This document shows positions 36,961-49,900 of a stretch of DNA of 64,000 bases, in pieces; position 1 is the first letter of the stretch, and every line of letters starts with the position of its first letter. The stretch lies in the NCBI RefSeq assembly GCF_001949145.1, contig NW_019091360.1, positions 3,160,864 through 3,224,863 of the forward strand, read 5' to 3'. Origin of the DNA: Acanthaster planci. Its lineage: Eukaryota. Made by a program: the position numbers and the translations under genes. Under the pieces are notes generated by a model. That model was given only the letters and a program-made list of their open reading frames with translations, was not told the DNA's origin and did no database searches.

Positions 36961-38479
36961 CGGTTCTTTTCAGAACCACAAATACTCATAAGAGAAATAT
37001 ATTCCTTAGCATGGTGCTATCGCAAGCCTTTCCAGCACCGTCCTTCACCTGAATAGCCTGAAATTCCATCCAAAAGATGTGTGTTCATTTGTTTTGTTGT
37101 TTGTAAATGAAAAAACCAATCCTAACTCATTGCGTCGGTGCGCAAGTTAAATTAAGGCACCCTTCCACACTGTGGGTCTAAACCAACGTGAGCCACACAT
37201 TCGACAAAATTACTCCCAGAGCAAGCCTGACAGAGGAACGCAATGCACATGAGTGTTACCGGTATGTTTTAACAGAGTTGATCGCTCTGTCCATGAAAGT
37301 GAAACTCACAAACACACCGGCACACAATGCACCTAAAACGTACATACAATGTATGGAAAGGCGCCTCAAGCGGTATGCGCTGGGCACACTGAGTATGCGT
37401 GACCAATTTACCTTCAAAGCATGGTCCATGCATGAGTGCACACAGGAACTCAGTTGGAAGACCTTGTACCCGAGGGTTTGTCTTGAACCCTAACGTGACC
37501 AAAGCGACATGTAGAATGTAGTGCTGCACATGACATACCGTAAATGAGTACAAGACTCCTTGTTCTCTGAAGGACGAAAGGTAAGGCAATGCTGACGAAT
37601 GACAACAGCTTCATTGGAATTTAAGAATGTTTGAGCAGCACTTACATGTAAATTGGATAATTTTCAAACCCTGAACCCTGAAAATACTGGTCCTGTGACT
37701 GTGCATACATGTAGTTTTATTCCTAAACACCAAATTCAACAGAACCAAAACTGACTGTGTTGAGTTTTGATTCCAAGAACTAGGCAACGAGTGAATAAAT
37801 AAATGTATTGAGTACATATACATGTGTACATTCTTCTTTTAAAGAAATGCCAAAGAATCAAGAAAGCAGTAAGTGGTCATTGTACCGTTTACGCGGGGAA
37901 TTAGAAAACGTTCCATGCAGTTTTCCAGCATTGGCCTGATGAACAATAAAAGATTTTACGACGGCCGGCAGGGATTAAGCATCACGCACCGTGCTGATTA
38001 AGACACTTTGATTACCGCTTTTTTAAACATCATTACAACGGTGATAATGTTACCACAGTGATTGTGTTCCGTTTGTCTGTTTATTGTGAGCAGTACTGTA
38101 GACTGAGTGGGAGGGGCACATCGGTCAATGAGGGGGAACGTGAGCTCATCCCTAAGACACAAATGGTAACTCAGTCTAAGGCCAAAGGTCTTGTCTAAGA
38201 GCCTGGGTTGTAGCATAAAAATTGGTAGGGGTCCAGTGATACTGGTTCAAGTATAAAAGCCTCGACAAGGAATGGAAGTTGACACGGTTGAAGCTTACCT
38301 ACCTCTGTCATGACTGTAAATGATAGATTAGCCTGCTGAAGAATACAGAGGCTATCCTCATCAGTGGACAACGGTGCACAGATGAGAGGCAAAAGATGCC
38401 TCAGAAGGAGATTCGGGAAACAGTATCAACTTCTGAAGTGGGGATTGGATATCAGTCAATCCAACAAGTGAGACTGACA

Positions 38480-38740
38480 GTGAGGCTGTGAACGGGTGTG
38501 AGTATCATGCCAAAACAACACTGAGAAGTGGCCCCACCATCCGCAGGGATAGTTACGTCATTGGCCACTGGAAAGTGTGAAGGAATCCCCCCTGATGAGC
38601 TTTACAAAATGGGGATAGTTTATTGGAAACACTGTTGAAAAATCTGGATGCTCGTACCCAACGGGCAATGGTCATTTGAAAAAAAAGGCCAAGCACTTGG
38701 ATGAGAACGAGGTTGAAACTGTTGAATCTGACCTGCAAAA
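38480..38740 (-). pseudogene. Highly degenerate DIRS reverse transcriptase remnant
   Basis: LPVG / ASRFFNSV across a frameshift resembles LPFG..APRVFTKV; its position fits DIRS gene order. Confidence 0.35.
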
Positions 38741-39871
38741 AAAAGCTGTCCTCTTGTGGCTAAAATGTGATGACGATGTGTGTGGTGGGGGTGCTTCGGG
38801 CCTCCGTGACCGGGTGGGGCTCGCTATAGTTGCTCGCTATGGTTCGGTATGGTTGCATCAAGTGTCGGGCCTCACCCTCCTGCCTGTACATGTACATGGA
38901 CATCGGATTTTGGTGCTTCCATGCGCTCACATCTGGTTACCACTGGTGTGAAGGATTTGCCAGGGAATAGTGCTGGTTGAGACTGGTCCCAGGCTTGGCC
39001 CCGGAGAATTTCGAACCATTGAACCCAGCATATTAGACTCACTTGGTGGTGATGGTGGAAACATCAGCCTGGAAGGCCGATCTGGCTGGAGGGACCGGGA
39101 GAATTGCCGGAACGTGGCTTGAATGAACAGGTCTCTGTCGAATTCAGCAAGATTGCATATGAACGTGAAGCTCCACTGTATTATGATTTTGCACGATCTG
39201 GACTACATGTGTCGACAAGTCTCAGAACTACAGGGCCTTTTCAGGGGGGACATACAGTGGGCGTGGAGGGTGTGGCTTAGGTGACTTTTCCAGAGAGGTT
39301 TGACGCGCATGCGCACTGATATGCAAATGTAGGTAAACAGAGATGAGTTATTTTCTGTCACGGAATTGAAGTTTTCCATGCTGAAGGTGGCAAGTACAAT
39401 GTAAATACATGTAGGCTTGCGGTAGCACAATGCAAAATAAGACATGTGTACATGTATCTCTTTGATTTGTATAGTGTGGATCTGATAAGAGCCAGAGAGC
39501 ACTAAACGTTTCTAACAGTATGCTTTGTCCGTCACCAGGAGACTGCCTGGAATTGAATGACGTTTTTAATTGCCAACTTTGAAACTGTGGGACACATATT
39601 AGTATATGTATGGTGTATTTTAATTTCGTGGTTATGGTTTTAAGTTATGTGACTAAGCATCTTCCACCAATTTGGTAAAACTTACAGCATACATGTAAAT
39701 TACGACTTTTCATTCATTACTGGGGGACTGGGATTTTAAGATTGTTCACGTCTGTAAATAATGCTGTTTTAGCCTTCAATTATTCAGCTCTAATCAGGAT
39801 GCAGGATGGGCACGGTCATTGGTGTTCCAGATATCAGTCATGACTCCCCTCATTTCATCAGACATTGTAAC

Positions 39872-40360
39872 TGAATAGACCTACAACATAATGACGTAAT
39901 GCATTGTTTACCGCACTGGGTGAAAGGTGGGGATGTTGCAGGAACGCATTGACGTGACACGTTATGTGTAACGTATACTACATGTATATGGTGTGTGTAT
40001 CGACCTGACTCGAAGAAAAAAAAATTAAAATGGTCCATGCGAAAATAAATAAATGGCCTTATTTCTCATGGAAATCTGTCACCTTTTGCGGTCCCTTGGA
40101 AGTTAAAAAAACACACAGCTCTGGCGTTCGTTGAGTGCTTGATAAACACAATGGAGCAAAGCAGTTCACATTGACCATTTCGGACGGTAATCGGGAATTT
40201 TTTTATTTCCTTTTTTTTCATGTCAGGTCGATACACACGCCATATAGTACACGTTCCACATAACGTGTCACGTTGACGCGTTCCTGCAACATTCCCACCT
40301 TTTACCCACAATGCACTGCAGTAAACACTGCACTTCATCATTATGTTGTAGGTCTATTCA
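39872..40360. mobile_element. MITE with ~165-bp TIRs
   Basis: TGAATAGACCTACAACATAATGA.. is inverted at ..TCATTATGTTGTAGGTCTATTCA; arms at ~39872-40035 and ~40195-40360. Confidence 0.85.
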
Positions 40361-42039
40361 CTGCTGTACACTTCAGGAACTCACCCCCCCCCCAGAGTTG
40401 ATTACCTAATGGCTCATTTGTAGAACCAGCCCTAATTTAAACACGGACACCAGTAGCACACAACGACTTGACATCATCATGTGTCACATGACACATAAAG
40501 CCGTCATTTTGACACCGTGATTCCAAACCTGACCTTCAGTGTGAGATTTTTGTCTCTGCCAAATGACCGGTGCACGTACTTGTAGGACTTGAGCCTTACA
40601 GATCCAAGACTTGACCACAACTTTAAACTACACTGTACTGGCCAACTGGACCAGTGTGGTCATACCTTGACTAACAAGACGTACATACGTAATCATGCCT
40701 CTATTTTTCTCTCCAAAAATAAATCTCTGAGTGATGAACAAATGACAAAGCTCTGTGGGTGAGCACATGTAGGAATACTATAAACCAAACATCAATGGCT
40801 TCCTCTGTAAATAAATTTTAAGATGCACAATTCTCTAAAATGATGAAAAGATACCAGGAATTTTAGTCCAACCTTTCTTCAACCCTACTGTCCGTAAATT
40901 GGAGCTGATTTTCTAAAGGAGTAACTTGAAATTCCATGGAGACACTCACCAATATCTTATGGCCAAATGGCTGAACAGTCTTGACGTTCTCTTGCTGTCA
41001 GGTCAATGGCTTGAGTGATGACAAAAAGCTCAGCGTTGACCTGTGACCAGCCGCCTGGGGCAAAAAGTTCACAAAATGAATAACCCTGCAATGTTACACA
41101 GCAAAGTTATGGCTTCATAATGTAACTGTGGAAACTCGATGCATGCAAATGACTGTACTTCAGAATGACAGGGTATTCTAGGCTCTTCACTTTTTGGATT
41201 GCACTATTCTTTATCAACAATCAGTAAGTCTTCAATTTATTTATTTGCAAGGAATTTGTTCAATATACCCAGGTTAACTTTTAAAAAGTTCCAAAAACAT
41301 CTAAGGAAATAAAAAGATTATATTCATCAAGTCCAAAAGATGTTCGGGTACGAAGTTCAAGTGACAATGTATGGTACGTGTGCAGGGTTTGCACTCAGCA
41401 TGCATTTTGAATTTTAATTAAGTGACTTTATTCCTCTTTAGTTCTAAAAAAAGTTTAATTAAATTTAACTGAATCCCTTGTACATGTTTTATAACACAAT
41501 CATCCAAGCTGTGTGATTGGACTGGGTACCAGCAGGACACGCGACAGCCACTTTGCTACATGTAGCTGTGTAGCTGGCCAGTGAAACAAGATTTTAACCC
41601 TCCTTAACCTTGACCTCTGAAAATGGTTAAATCATTGCTTTCAGGCATAAATTTGATTAGGAGAGTGGAATTTGTGTCACCAGTAATTTATCTCAGAAGC
41701 TGGATTTAAAAAAAAATAAGTAACGACCCCACATAAAGTAAAAAGCCAAGGCACATGGAGGTGCCTTTTGGTTTCCAGAGATGTACATGAACATGTAGTC
41801 AGGTGTACGTGGGTCAGTGTACTGTGTACAGGTTGATCAGCATTCCATTGAAATGGAGATTGAGTGTGTACTTGGTACATGTACATACCTTAACAGTAAG
41901 GGAAAACATGTGTACATGTATTCAGTGATGCCCCAAGGAAAGAATTCTTTTTCTATGGCCACCACTAATTTTTATCCTGCAACTACTGTATTAGCCATCT
42001 GATTCTGAAAGCAGTAATATTACCTAAAAAGTCAAATTA

Positions 42040-43200
42040 GTCGGAAAAATATTGAGGTAATCACTTAGAAAATGCTTTTAGACCAGTCTCATAGGGCTTG
42101 TGCACAGGGTTTCAAGCATTGTCCACATACATACATGTACATGTATATGAAAGAGGAAATTCTACGGCATTCGTAAATGTAAGCACATGCATGAGACTGC
42201 TTACATAGGTATGTGTAGGTACGGGTACCTGGCATGATGAAATACCCCTTAGTGTAAACTGCCACTTTTGACGAGAAGTATTTCCAGGGAAAAGTTCCAT
42301 AAACCGACAACACTAATTTTCCCTTAAACTGTTATGACAAAAAGTGATAACGTCCTACAAAGTGACATTTAACTAAGAAAATTCTGAAACATTTACTTTG
42401 AAAACGTTTAGGTTTTTCAGACAAATCTCATAGGTTTGTGCACAGGGGCATCAAGTGTTGTCAGTATGTACAGGATATCATGGAACTCTTTCCATTTCCA
42501 GCTCTGTATGGTGAATCTCTCTGTGGAATATACGGGCACCACCAACTTTCAGTAAATTTTGATAGCGGACAGGTTTAAAAAGGATTACAAATTGTACGCG
42601 CTCGGCGAAAGAGGAGAAGTGTGGCGAACGCGCCAAAACAACCAGCCAGAGTAACGTGTGCACCGTCTGATTGGTTGGGGTGCAGCCGTTGTTGGGAATG
42701 GGCCAAAGCCGCACGCGCAGCATAAGCAACTCCGCTGGTATCAGGAACGCTCTCACCCCTCTGGCCCAAAGGGGGTTCCCCGGAGACAGGCTCCTGGGAA
42801 CCGTATTATTTTGGGGGGCTAGAGATATGAAAGGTGGTTTAGTAACTTACGAGAACAGGTTTAAACGAAGGGGCCCCTTCCCATTTTGGAAAAAAAAAGT
42901 GGCAAAAAGTTTTGCCCTATACCAGTCCTCTTTTCTGTTCTTTCCCCCTGGTATATGGAACTCTGGCCCACTCTGAGGAGGAAGGAAAGAGTTCCACATA
43001 CGGACCCACTTGACACCCTGTGCACAAACCTGAGATGACACTGGTCACATAAAGTGTTTTCTAAGTAAACGACTTAGATTTTTCCTTCCTAAATGGAACT
43101 TTTCTGGACACATTTTTGCTCTCTGGCGGCAAATAAGTCACTGTAGGGAACAATTACTGGTGTCCGTATATGGAACTCTTCCCCAAAGGAAAAGTTTACT
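42040..43200. repeat. Dispersed repeat with reiterated TGTGCACAGGG(T)GTCAAG module
   Basis: Copies at ~42090 (+), ~42430 (+) and ~43000-43035 (-); the same module recurs at ~11880-11960 (+) and ~21770-21880 (-). Confidence 0.6.
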
Positions 43201-43539
43201 CCATAATCTCTCCATGTCACAAGCCCACAGCGTTGGGTATTTCTTGCTAGGCCTACCTGTACATGTATAATTATCTGCAAGTTGTGGGAGGCCTATAGGC
43301 CTACTAAACAAAGTGGCTGGCCCGCTGGTACTCCAAATCTGTGCCCTCATTCTGGACGCAAACTTTCAGTAACTTTGTAAAATTTTGGGCTGAATTTTAT
43401 GGCACTAAACATGCTAAAACTACTCATAAGGTTTGTTAATGGTACCAGTATTTGACCAAATAAATTTTAAGCCTTTAAAATTTGAGGTTTGTTGTCAATG
43501 ATCAAGCTGAATGAGGAGTGTGGGGAAAAATACAGCCAT

Positions 43540-44490
43540 TTTCCTAGTTCCGGATCACGAAAATTATTCAGTCAGACTGAAGCTACAAAAATCCTCAAAT
43601 TCCGGTGAAATGTGGTCAATAATCTGCCTTGTGTGTTGAAGATACTGCCTAATTATTTTTAAAATCCTCGCTTTTAATTTTGAGTCACAAGATTAACGAA
43701 AGTGACAAGGATACATTTCCCTGTTCTGTATTGGTTTAACCAGTTCCGGATCACGACAAAAACTTATTCACAAATAAAAATTACAGTAACTGCGTGAGAA
43801 ATCCATTTTGCAGCCAGAACCTTTTTTACAAGCTGAGTTTCTAATGAAGAATTAATTTAGAAAAAATTATTTTATGTAAGAATTCATAGGAACTAAAAAG
43901 TAGAACCTGCATAAATTTTAACTAGACTTTTTCAGCTGTGCAATGAGCTATATGTATCAACGATGCTATCCCCTACACCGCACACCGAACTATGCATGTG
44001 TGAATGATCAATCGATCACACCAGTACCAGCAGGACCAGTAGGATTCTCTAAATGGTGGTCCTGCTGGCCAGCATGAAATTCAAGTTAATTTCGACCCCT
44101 GTAATGCACAATCCCGAACTAGGATTTAATAATATACGTTCCATTTTTGGCCAAGTTTGAACAGACGGAAACTCTACAAGTCATTAGATGCAAAAGTTTA
44201 TTTGACTGTTTAAGTATGAATAAAGCACATAGAATCACACGTGGTGAGCGACCTATCGCCCAGAATTTTTTTCCCCGAATTTTGTGGCTCCCGCGAATTT
44301 TGACAAAACGTTCAAGTCTCACCAAAATTTCTTTTCTAGAATTTTTGGGAGAACCAATTTTGTACAAGAAGCAGCCTACATTTCACCTTTCCAGCAGAAC
44401 TTGTCTTGGAATGTACAACTGAAGAATTAGACTATTTTTTTATTTCAAGCAATCCGGAACTGGGAAAAATCCGGAACTAGGTGTCGGAAA
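43540..44490. repeat. Probable DNA-transposon remnant with AGTTCCGGAT motifs
   Basis: AGTTCCGGATCACGA at ~43546 and ~43742; inverted ATCCGGAACT at ~44452 and ~44469 (variant at ~44111). Confidence 0.45.
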
Positions 44491-46856
44491 GCAACGACTG
44501 TGGCACATTAACAAACAAAATGGAAAACGGCTGCCATAATCGAGGTCCAAAATATCACAAAATTATGTACTTGATAAAGATGTCTTGACTTACCTCGCTT
44601 TGTATATCATCCACATTTTGTCTGTATGCCTGCCTTGCTGATAAAATTAAAGTTTGCTGCCTAAAATTGACGTCCAAAATTCGGACATTTTGAATACCAA
44701 GCGCCACGTTGTACATTTTGCTCTTTAAATCATACGCATGCGCGCGCCAATTGAAGACAATTTCCTATTCGCGAACTGGATCGGGCGTGGCTTTATTACA
44801 CGCGTTGTAAACTCGAGAGCAAAGCCAATACTTAGGCTGCATCCGAATGTCTTGTCTAGAGCTAGGTCTAGGTACTCGCTCCAATGGAAATACGTGGAGA
44901 CACGCAGACAACAGACCTAGCCGTAGCTCTGGAAGCCCGTTTCGGACACGGCCTCAGAAAGCTCACTTAACACTGAACTTAACACCCCCCCCCAAAAAAA
45001 CCGAATAACCCAGTTAAATGGTGCAGGTTCAATGCAACGGTCAGAAGTGCGTCCCATGTGAAAATTTTGCCCGGGTGATGTTGAAAAACTTGGCGTGTGT
45101 AGCACTGAAAAATTAAATGCGCCAAGACAACTCGAACAGATCAAGAGAAAGGGAACTTGGGAAAGTGGACAATTTCCTTTGCTTTCAAATTACTTAAATT
45201 CTTCATATTGGCATCTTTTCTGTTGATTTACAAACGCATATTTTACTTACAAGGTGGTCAATATAAAATCCAGTCGAGTAGAAAAAGGAAAGCTAAAAAA
45301 CAAACACACCCGCATTACTTCCAAAAAAGAAGAAAAAGAACTACTGTTCAACCAGATGGGTTGAGCTGCCGAAGTATTACATTGTGGTTATGTTTTAACT
45401 CCAAAAATTGACTTAAGCTGAAATGTTCCAAGGATTATTTGCAATCACAACAACGGTGTAGAAAATACAAAACGACAATGCAAACACAACATACAAACGA
45501 AGCATGAACTGTTGCCAGTTTTTATTTCTAATAATGTATTAAAGTAGCGTATGATTGCATAATTATAAAAAGACAGATTTTGTGAACTCTGTCTTTTGTG
45601 AGTCAGTCTGGACTCAGTTCCGAACAAGAATTCTATACTATTAATCATTTTGATGCACAAAAATATACATGTTTCTATTCATGGTTGCAAAGTTTCAGAG
45701 AAAACTATCCATCTGTACTGCTTTATTAAGTAAAATGCTCACAATTCAAAATCCACTTGAAACAATCTCTCGAACTTCTGATTCTATTTCAAACAGAGTG
45801 GTATGTTAAGCATTAGAAGCTGAAGGAAACAAATCTCACAAAATTTCATGCAAAACTGAACATGCAAAAATCTCACAGAAACAACTTGAGTAGTATTTCA
45901 AACCAAGTATGTCAAGCGTTAGAGACTAAGGCAAACAGATCTCTCAAAATATAGTATCATAAAAGTACAATAAAAGTATATTCTGACCATGAATACAACA
46001 TTTAGCTATTAAGTGATAGACCTGAAAAAAATTTGTTTCGTAAGTAAAATATATTAACACATACAACAAAGTATAAAGTCCAATAAAATTTTCAAACTGA
46101 GTAAACAGTTCAGAAAATCATATAGGCTAAGAAATCACCTTTAAATTTTAGAAAAAACTAAGTTGATGCAATTACATTTTCCTGATACTTAGCTAAACGC
46201 CAAATATTTTGAATACTGCAACATTTTCTCACAAGTTGCTTTAAGAATATTTAAAAGAGTTGCATACATTTCTCAAGCAAGACCTGCTTTAATTTCAGAG
46301 CCAAGAGTTGTTCTTTTCTGGACTAATACAAGCATATATATAACATTCAAATGTAAATGTAAAAGTACTAAGTAATAAGTGATATAAAAATTCATTCTAT
46401 GGGAAAAATCTAGTTATTGATTTGTTACATTAAGGAACCCAAAATTTCAGTTATAATGAGTTGTTCAATTTGTGTATGCCATGAAAATACTTAATATATG
46501 ACCAGCCTAGTTTTTTTCAAAACAAAGTGAATGTTAACAGGCTTTTGTTACGACAAAGAGTTAGTTTCCACGCAACTTATCAAACAAACCTCGATCAAAA
46601 TGTACCAGCATTAAATGTTAATCATTTTATTTCTAAAAGCAATTCTAATCATTCAGTTTTTTTCTCTGTTTCAAATTGATACAATTTATACCAAGCTTTT
46701 AATCACATTCTGAGTTTCCAATCCAACACCAATTAGTACATAAAAAAGATACATATATTTGTATACATTCTCAAAAGTACTTGACTAAATATTTGGATAT
46801 AGTTGGCAGACAATTTCATTGCCTGTTGAGGTTGCGGTAGATGATGACATTTCTAC

Positions 46857-46921
46857 TTATTCAAACATTTCATTGTCGATCCTCAAGTCGTCATCATCAG
46901 GTCGATTGTTTCTCTTCATCA
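46857..46921 (-). CDS. RPTP last coding exon
   Basis: [20 protein letters not shown], after a pyrimidine-rich TAG acceptor; followed by AT-rich 3' UTR-like sequence. Confidence 0.65.
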
Positions 46922-49900
46922 CTACAGGAGTTATTGAAAAGAACAAATAATGCAATTGAAATAAAGCTGAGCATCTGTCAAAATTGAAACGTAAGGGTCC
47001 ATGCAAAGCGATTATTTTACTACAACCAATAAAAAGCATCTTTCAGCTTCAATTGGCATGGATTTAAATTTGGGTTTGGCCTTTTTAAAAGGAATTTTGA
47101 CAACTGTCTGGTTTTCATGTCTTTAAATTTAAATTTCCATATTCACGGGCAAACCTGGGGTCATTCCAGAGAGAAAACCCTACTGACATATTAATCTGTG
47201 TTCCAAAAGCTGCTGTCATTTTTGTATTTTGAAGTGCTTTTTTTTCTTTTCTTTGATACTGTTGTGAAAGTACGTAGCAACGAGTCAAGAAGTAACCCTT
47301 TCTCAGAAATGATGCGAATGGGCATAGTTTGGGTTTATAAACAAACCAGATAATCTGTAGACTGAACAGTGCTTTCCCCATTTTACATCACGGCTGTAGT
47401 ACCATCAATTGTCCAGAAAAGCTCGGATGATATTAAATATTCAAAGCAGTGCACTCTTTCTTAAGTGAGAAAAGAAATACCTGAAAATGTATGCTTCAAG
47501 GTTCTTAAGTCTGTACAGAGCTGACAATTTCTTTGGTGACTTGGTAACTCACTATAAATTGTAGCTCCATTTTGTTGGTAAACTGGTAAAACAATCTTGC
47601 GGTTCAGAAGTGCAATCAAAATGTTTAAGATGCAGACAAATATTTAGTTATAAAACACTGTAATTCACCCCGTGTGTCACAGAGGGGTGAATGCCTAAAA
47701 GTGGCAGTAGCGCTGGAAACATATTTCCATTATGGATTTATGCTTTCTGCTTAAAGTAGCAGTCATGAAAAGCAGTGAACATGTCAGGAATTTGCATGAT
47801 TTTCTCAAAAGAAGAAATTCTGATTACTCACTGGAGGATGAAGGGTGCTGATTGGGGTTCTGGATTGCCTTCAGAAGCACCTGGTGGATGAAGATGTACT
47901 GATCCTATGTGCAACAAAACCCCCATCAAGATACACAGTTAGACTCTGGTCAACTAACCAGCTCATGCATATTCACATTAATACATATTCATTTTGAAAT
48001 ATTCACATACGAGTTGCAACAAAACGTGAGTAGACAAACTTAATTTATTGGATCACAAATGTTTTGGGGGTTTTACGGGCTCTCTAAATTGATGCAGTTA
48101 GTACAAACTTTAAGTCAGATGTGATTAATACGTTTTCAAATGTATAAGTTGACAAAAATGGCTTTAATTGCTCCAAAATTTCAAAGAAGTCAAGTAAATC
48201 AAAGCACAGAACCGGAAAAAAGTGTGTTGGAATTATTCAATCGCATGATTGAAATATGTCTGGCAAAGTTTAATTCCAGTCCTGGCATTTTTTGCCAAAT
48301 TGGTTCTAAGCCAATGAAAGGCCCTTTATTTTGTGTGACTGGATCTTCATCCGTTTGCATCATGTGGACTTGACTCTCCCCCAGTTTTTGTATGCAAGTG
48401 TTTAAATTCTTTTCAGAAGAGAGGTCACGTACGCAACTTGATGGGTGTCTTCTGACTATATCCGAGTCGTAAATTCAACAAGTGCATGTACGGTTGGGAT
48501 TTATAGACCTACCTCGGTCTGCACCATGTAACATCGGCTCTCCCTCATGTTAGCCACAGTGCCATACACATCCAGGAATTGCTCTCCCTGGTCCAGGCTG
48601 CGCAGGAGGATGTCTAGGGTGACAAAGGTGCCAGAGCGACCCACACCGGCACTGTGATGAGGGTAGAACAAAAGGGGGACATTTTAAATCAGTGCTTCGC
48701 GCTTTAAACTTCTGGGGGTAATGTAAGACAGCATATGTTGATCTNNNNNNNNNNNNNNNNNNNNNNNNNNNNNNNNNNNNNNNNNNNNNNNNNNNNNNNN
48801 NNNNNNNNNNNNNNNNNNNNNNNNNNNNNNNNNNNNNNNNNNNNNNNNNNNNNNNNNNNNNNNNNNNNNNNNNNNNNNNNNNNNNNNNNNNNNNNNNNNN
48901 NNNNNNNNNNNNNNNNNNNNNNNNNNNNNNNNNNNNNNNNNNNNNNNNNNNNNNNNNNNNNNNNNNNNNNNNNNNNNNNNNNNNNNNNNNNNNNNNNNNN
49001 NNNNNNNNNNNNNNNNNNNNNNNNNNNNNNNNNNNNNNNNNNNNNNNNNNNNNNNNNNNNNNNNNNNNNNNNNNNNNNNNNNNNNNNNNNNNNNNNNNNN
49101 NNNNNNNNNNNNNNNNNNNNNNNNNNNNNNNNNNNNNNNNNNNNNNNNNNNNNNNNNNNNNNNNNNNNNNNNNNNNNNNNNNNNNNNNNNNNNNNNNNNN
49201 NNNNNNNNNNNNNNNNNNNNNNNNNNNNNNNNNNNNNNNNNNNNNNNNNNNNNNNNAATGAACACTATACATTTAGGAAGGGGTTTCAACCAAACCCGTC
49301 CGAAGTTGGCAGAATTGTCTGCTTCAAGACGTTCTTTATGTCCATCATCACTCATTTTAAAAAGTTTTTGAAGTCAGTTGTCACTTTGCTGTGCTTTTTA
49401 ACAGTGATGCGTAATGATTTTCAAATCTTTTTAATCACTACCAGCACAATATTGTTTATCATCAGAATGTTATTTAGTTTTAATGCTGATTCATTATTTT
49501 AATCTAATTTTTAGTTCTTTTTCTTTCAATACGCTATCTTTAATACAATCTTTTATACAATCTTTTACTTATTGTATGTATGTCTGCCGTATGCGTTTTG
49601 ATGCAATTCAGCTATTAGCTGCCATGGTCAAACAATAAATTCAATTTTAAATTGAAGGACTCAAATTTGGGTAATATTTGACACACAAAACCAGTATTAT
49701 TTTACAGCAAGACTGAAGAGTATTTTGGTGAAACCTTGCCCAGGACAGTGGCTATATATATTTCTGGTGCTTACCTGCAGTGCACCACTACAGGACCAGC
49801 GATCGATGTCTGCATCTCCTGGAATGTCCGGACAAAGAACAGCATCGGATCTGGTGTGGAAGGCACGCCGTGGTCTCCCCAGGAACGGAAGTGGTAATGG

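Larger units (their letters stand above)
33793..39367 (-). mobile_element. DIRS1-type tyrosine-recombinase retrotransposon, decayed, with nested insertions
   Basis: ITRs at ~33826-33953 and ~39211-39341. ICR at 34010-34107 whose two halves are complementary to the two outer ends. YR, MT-like and RT remnants on the minus strand. Confidence 0.88.
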
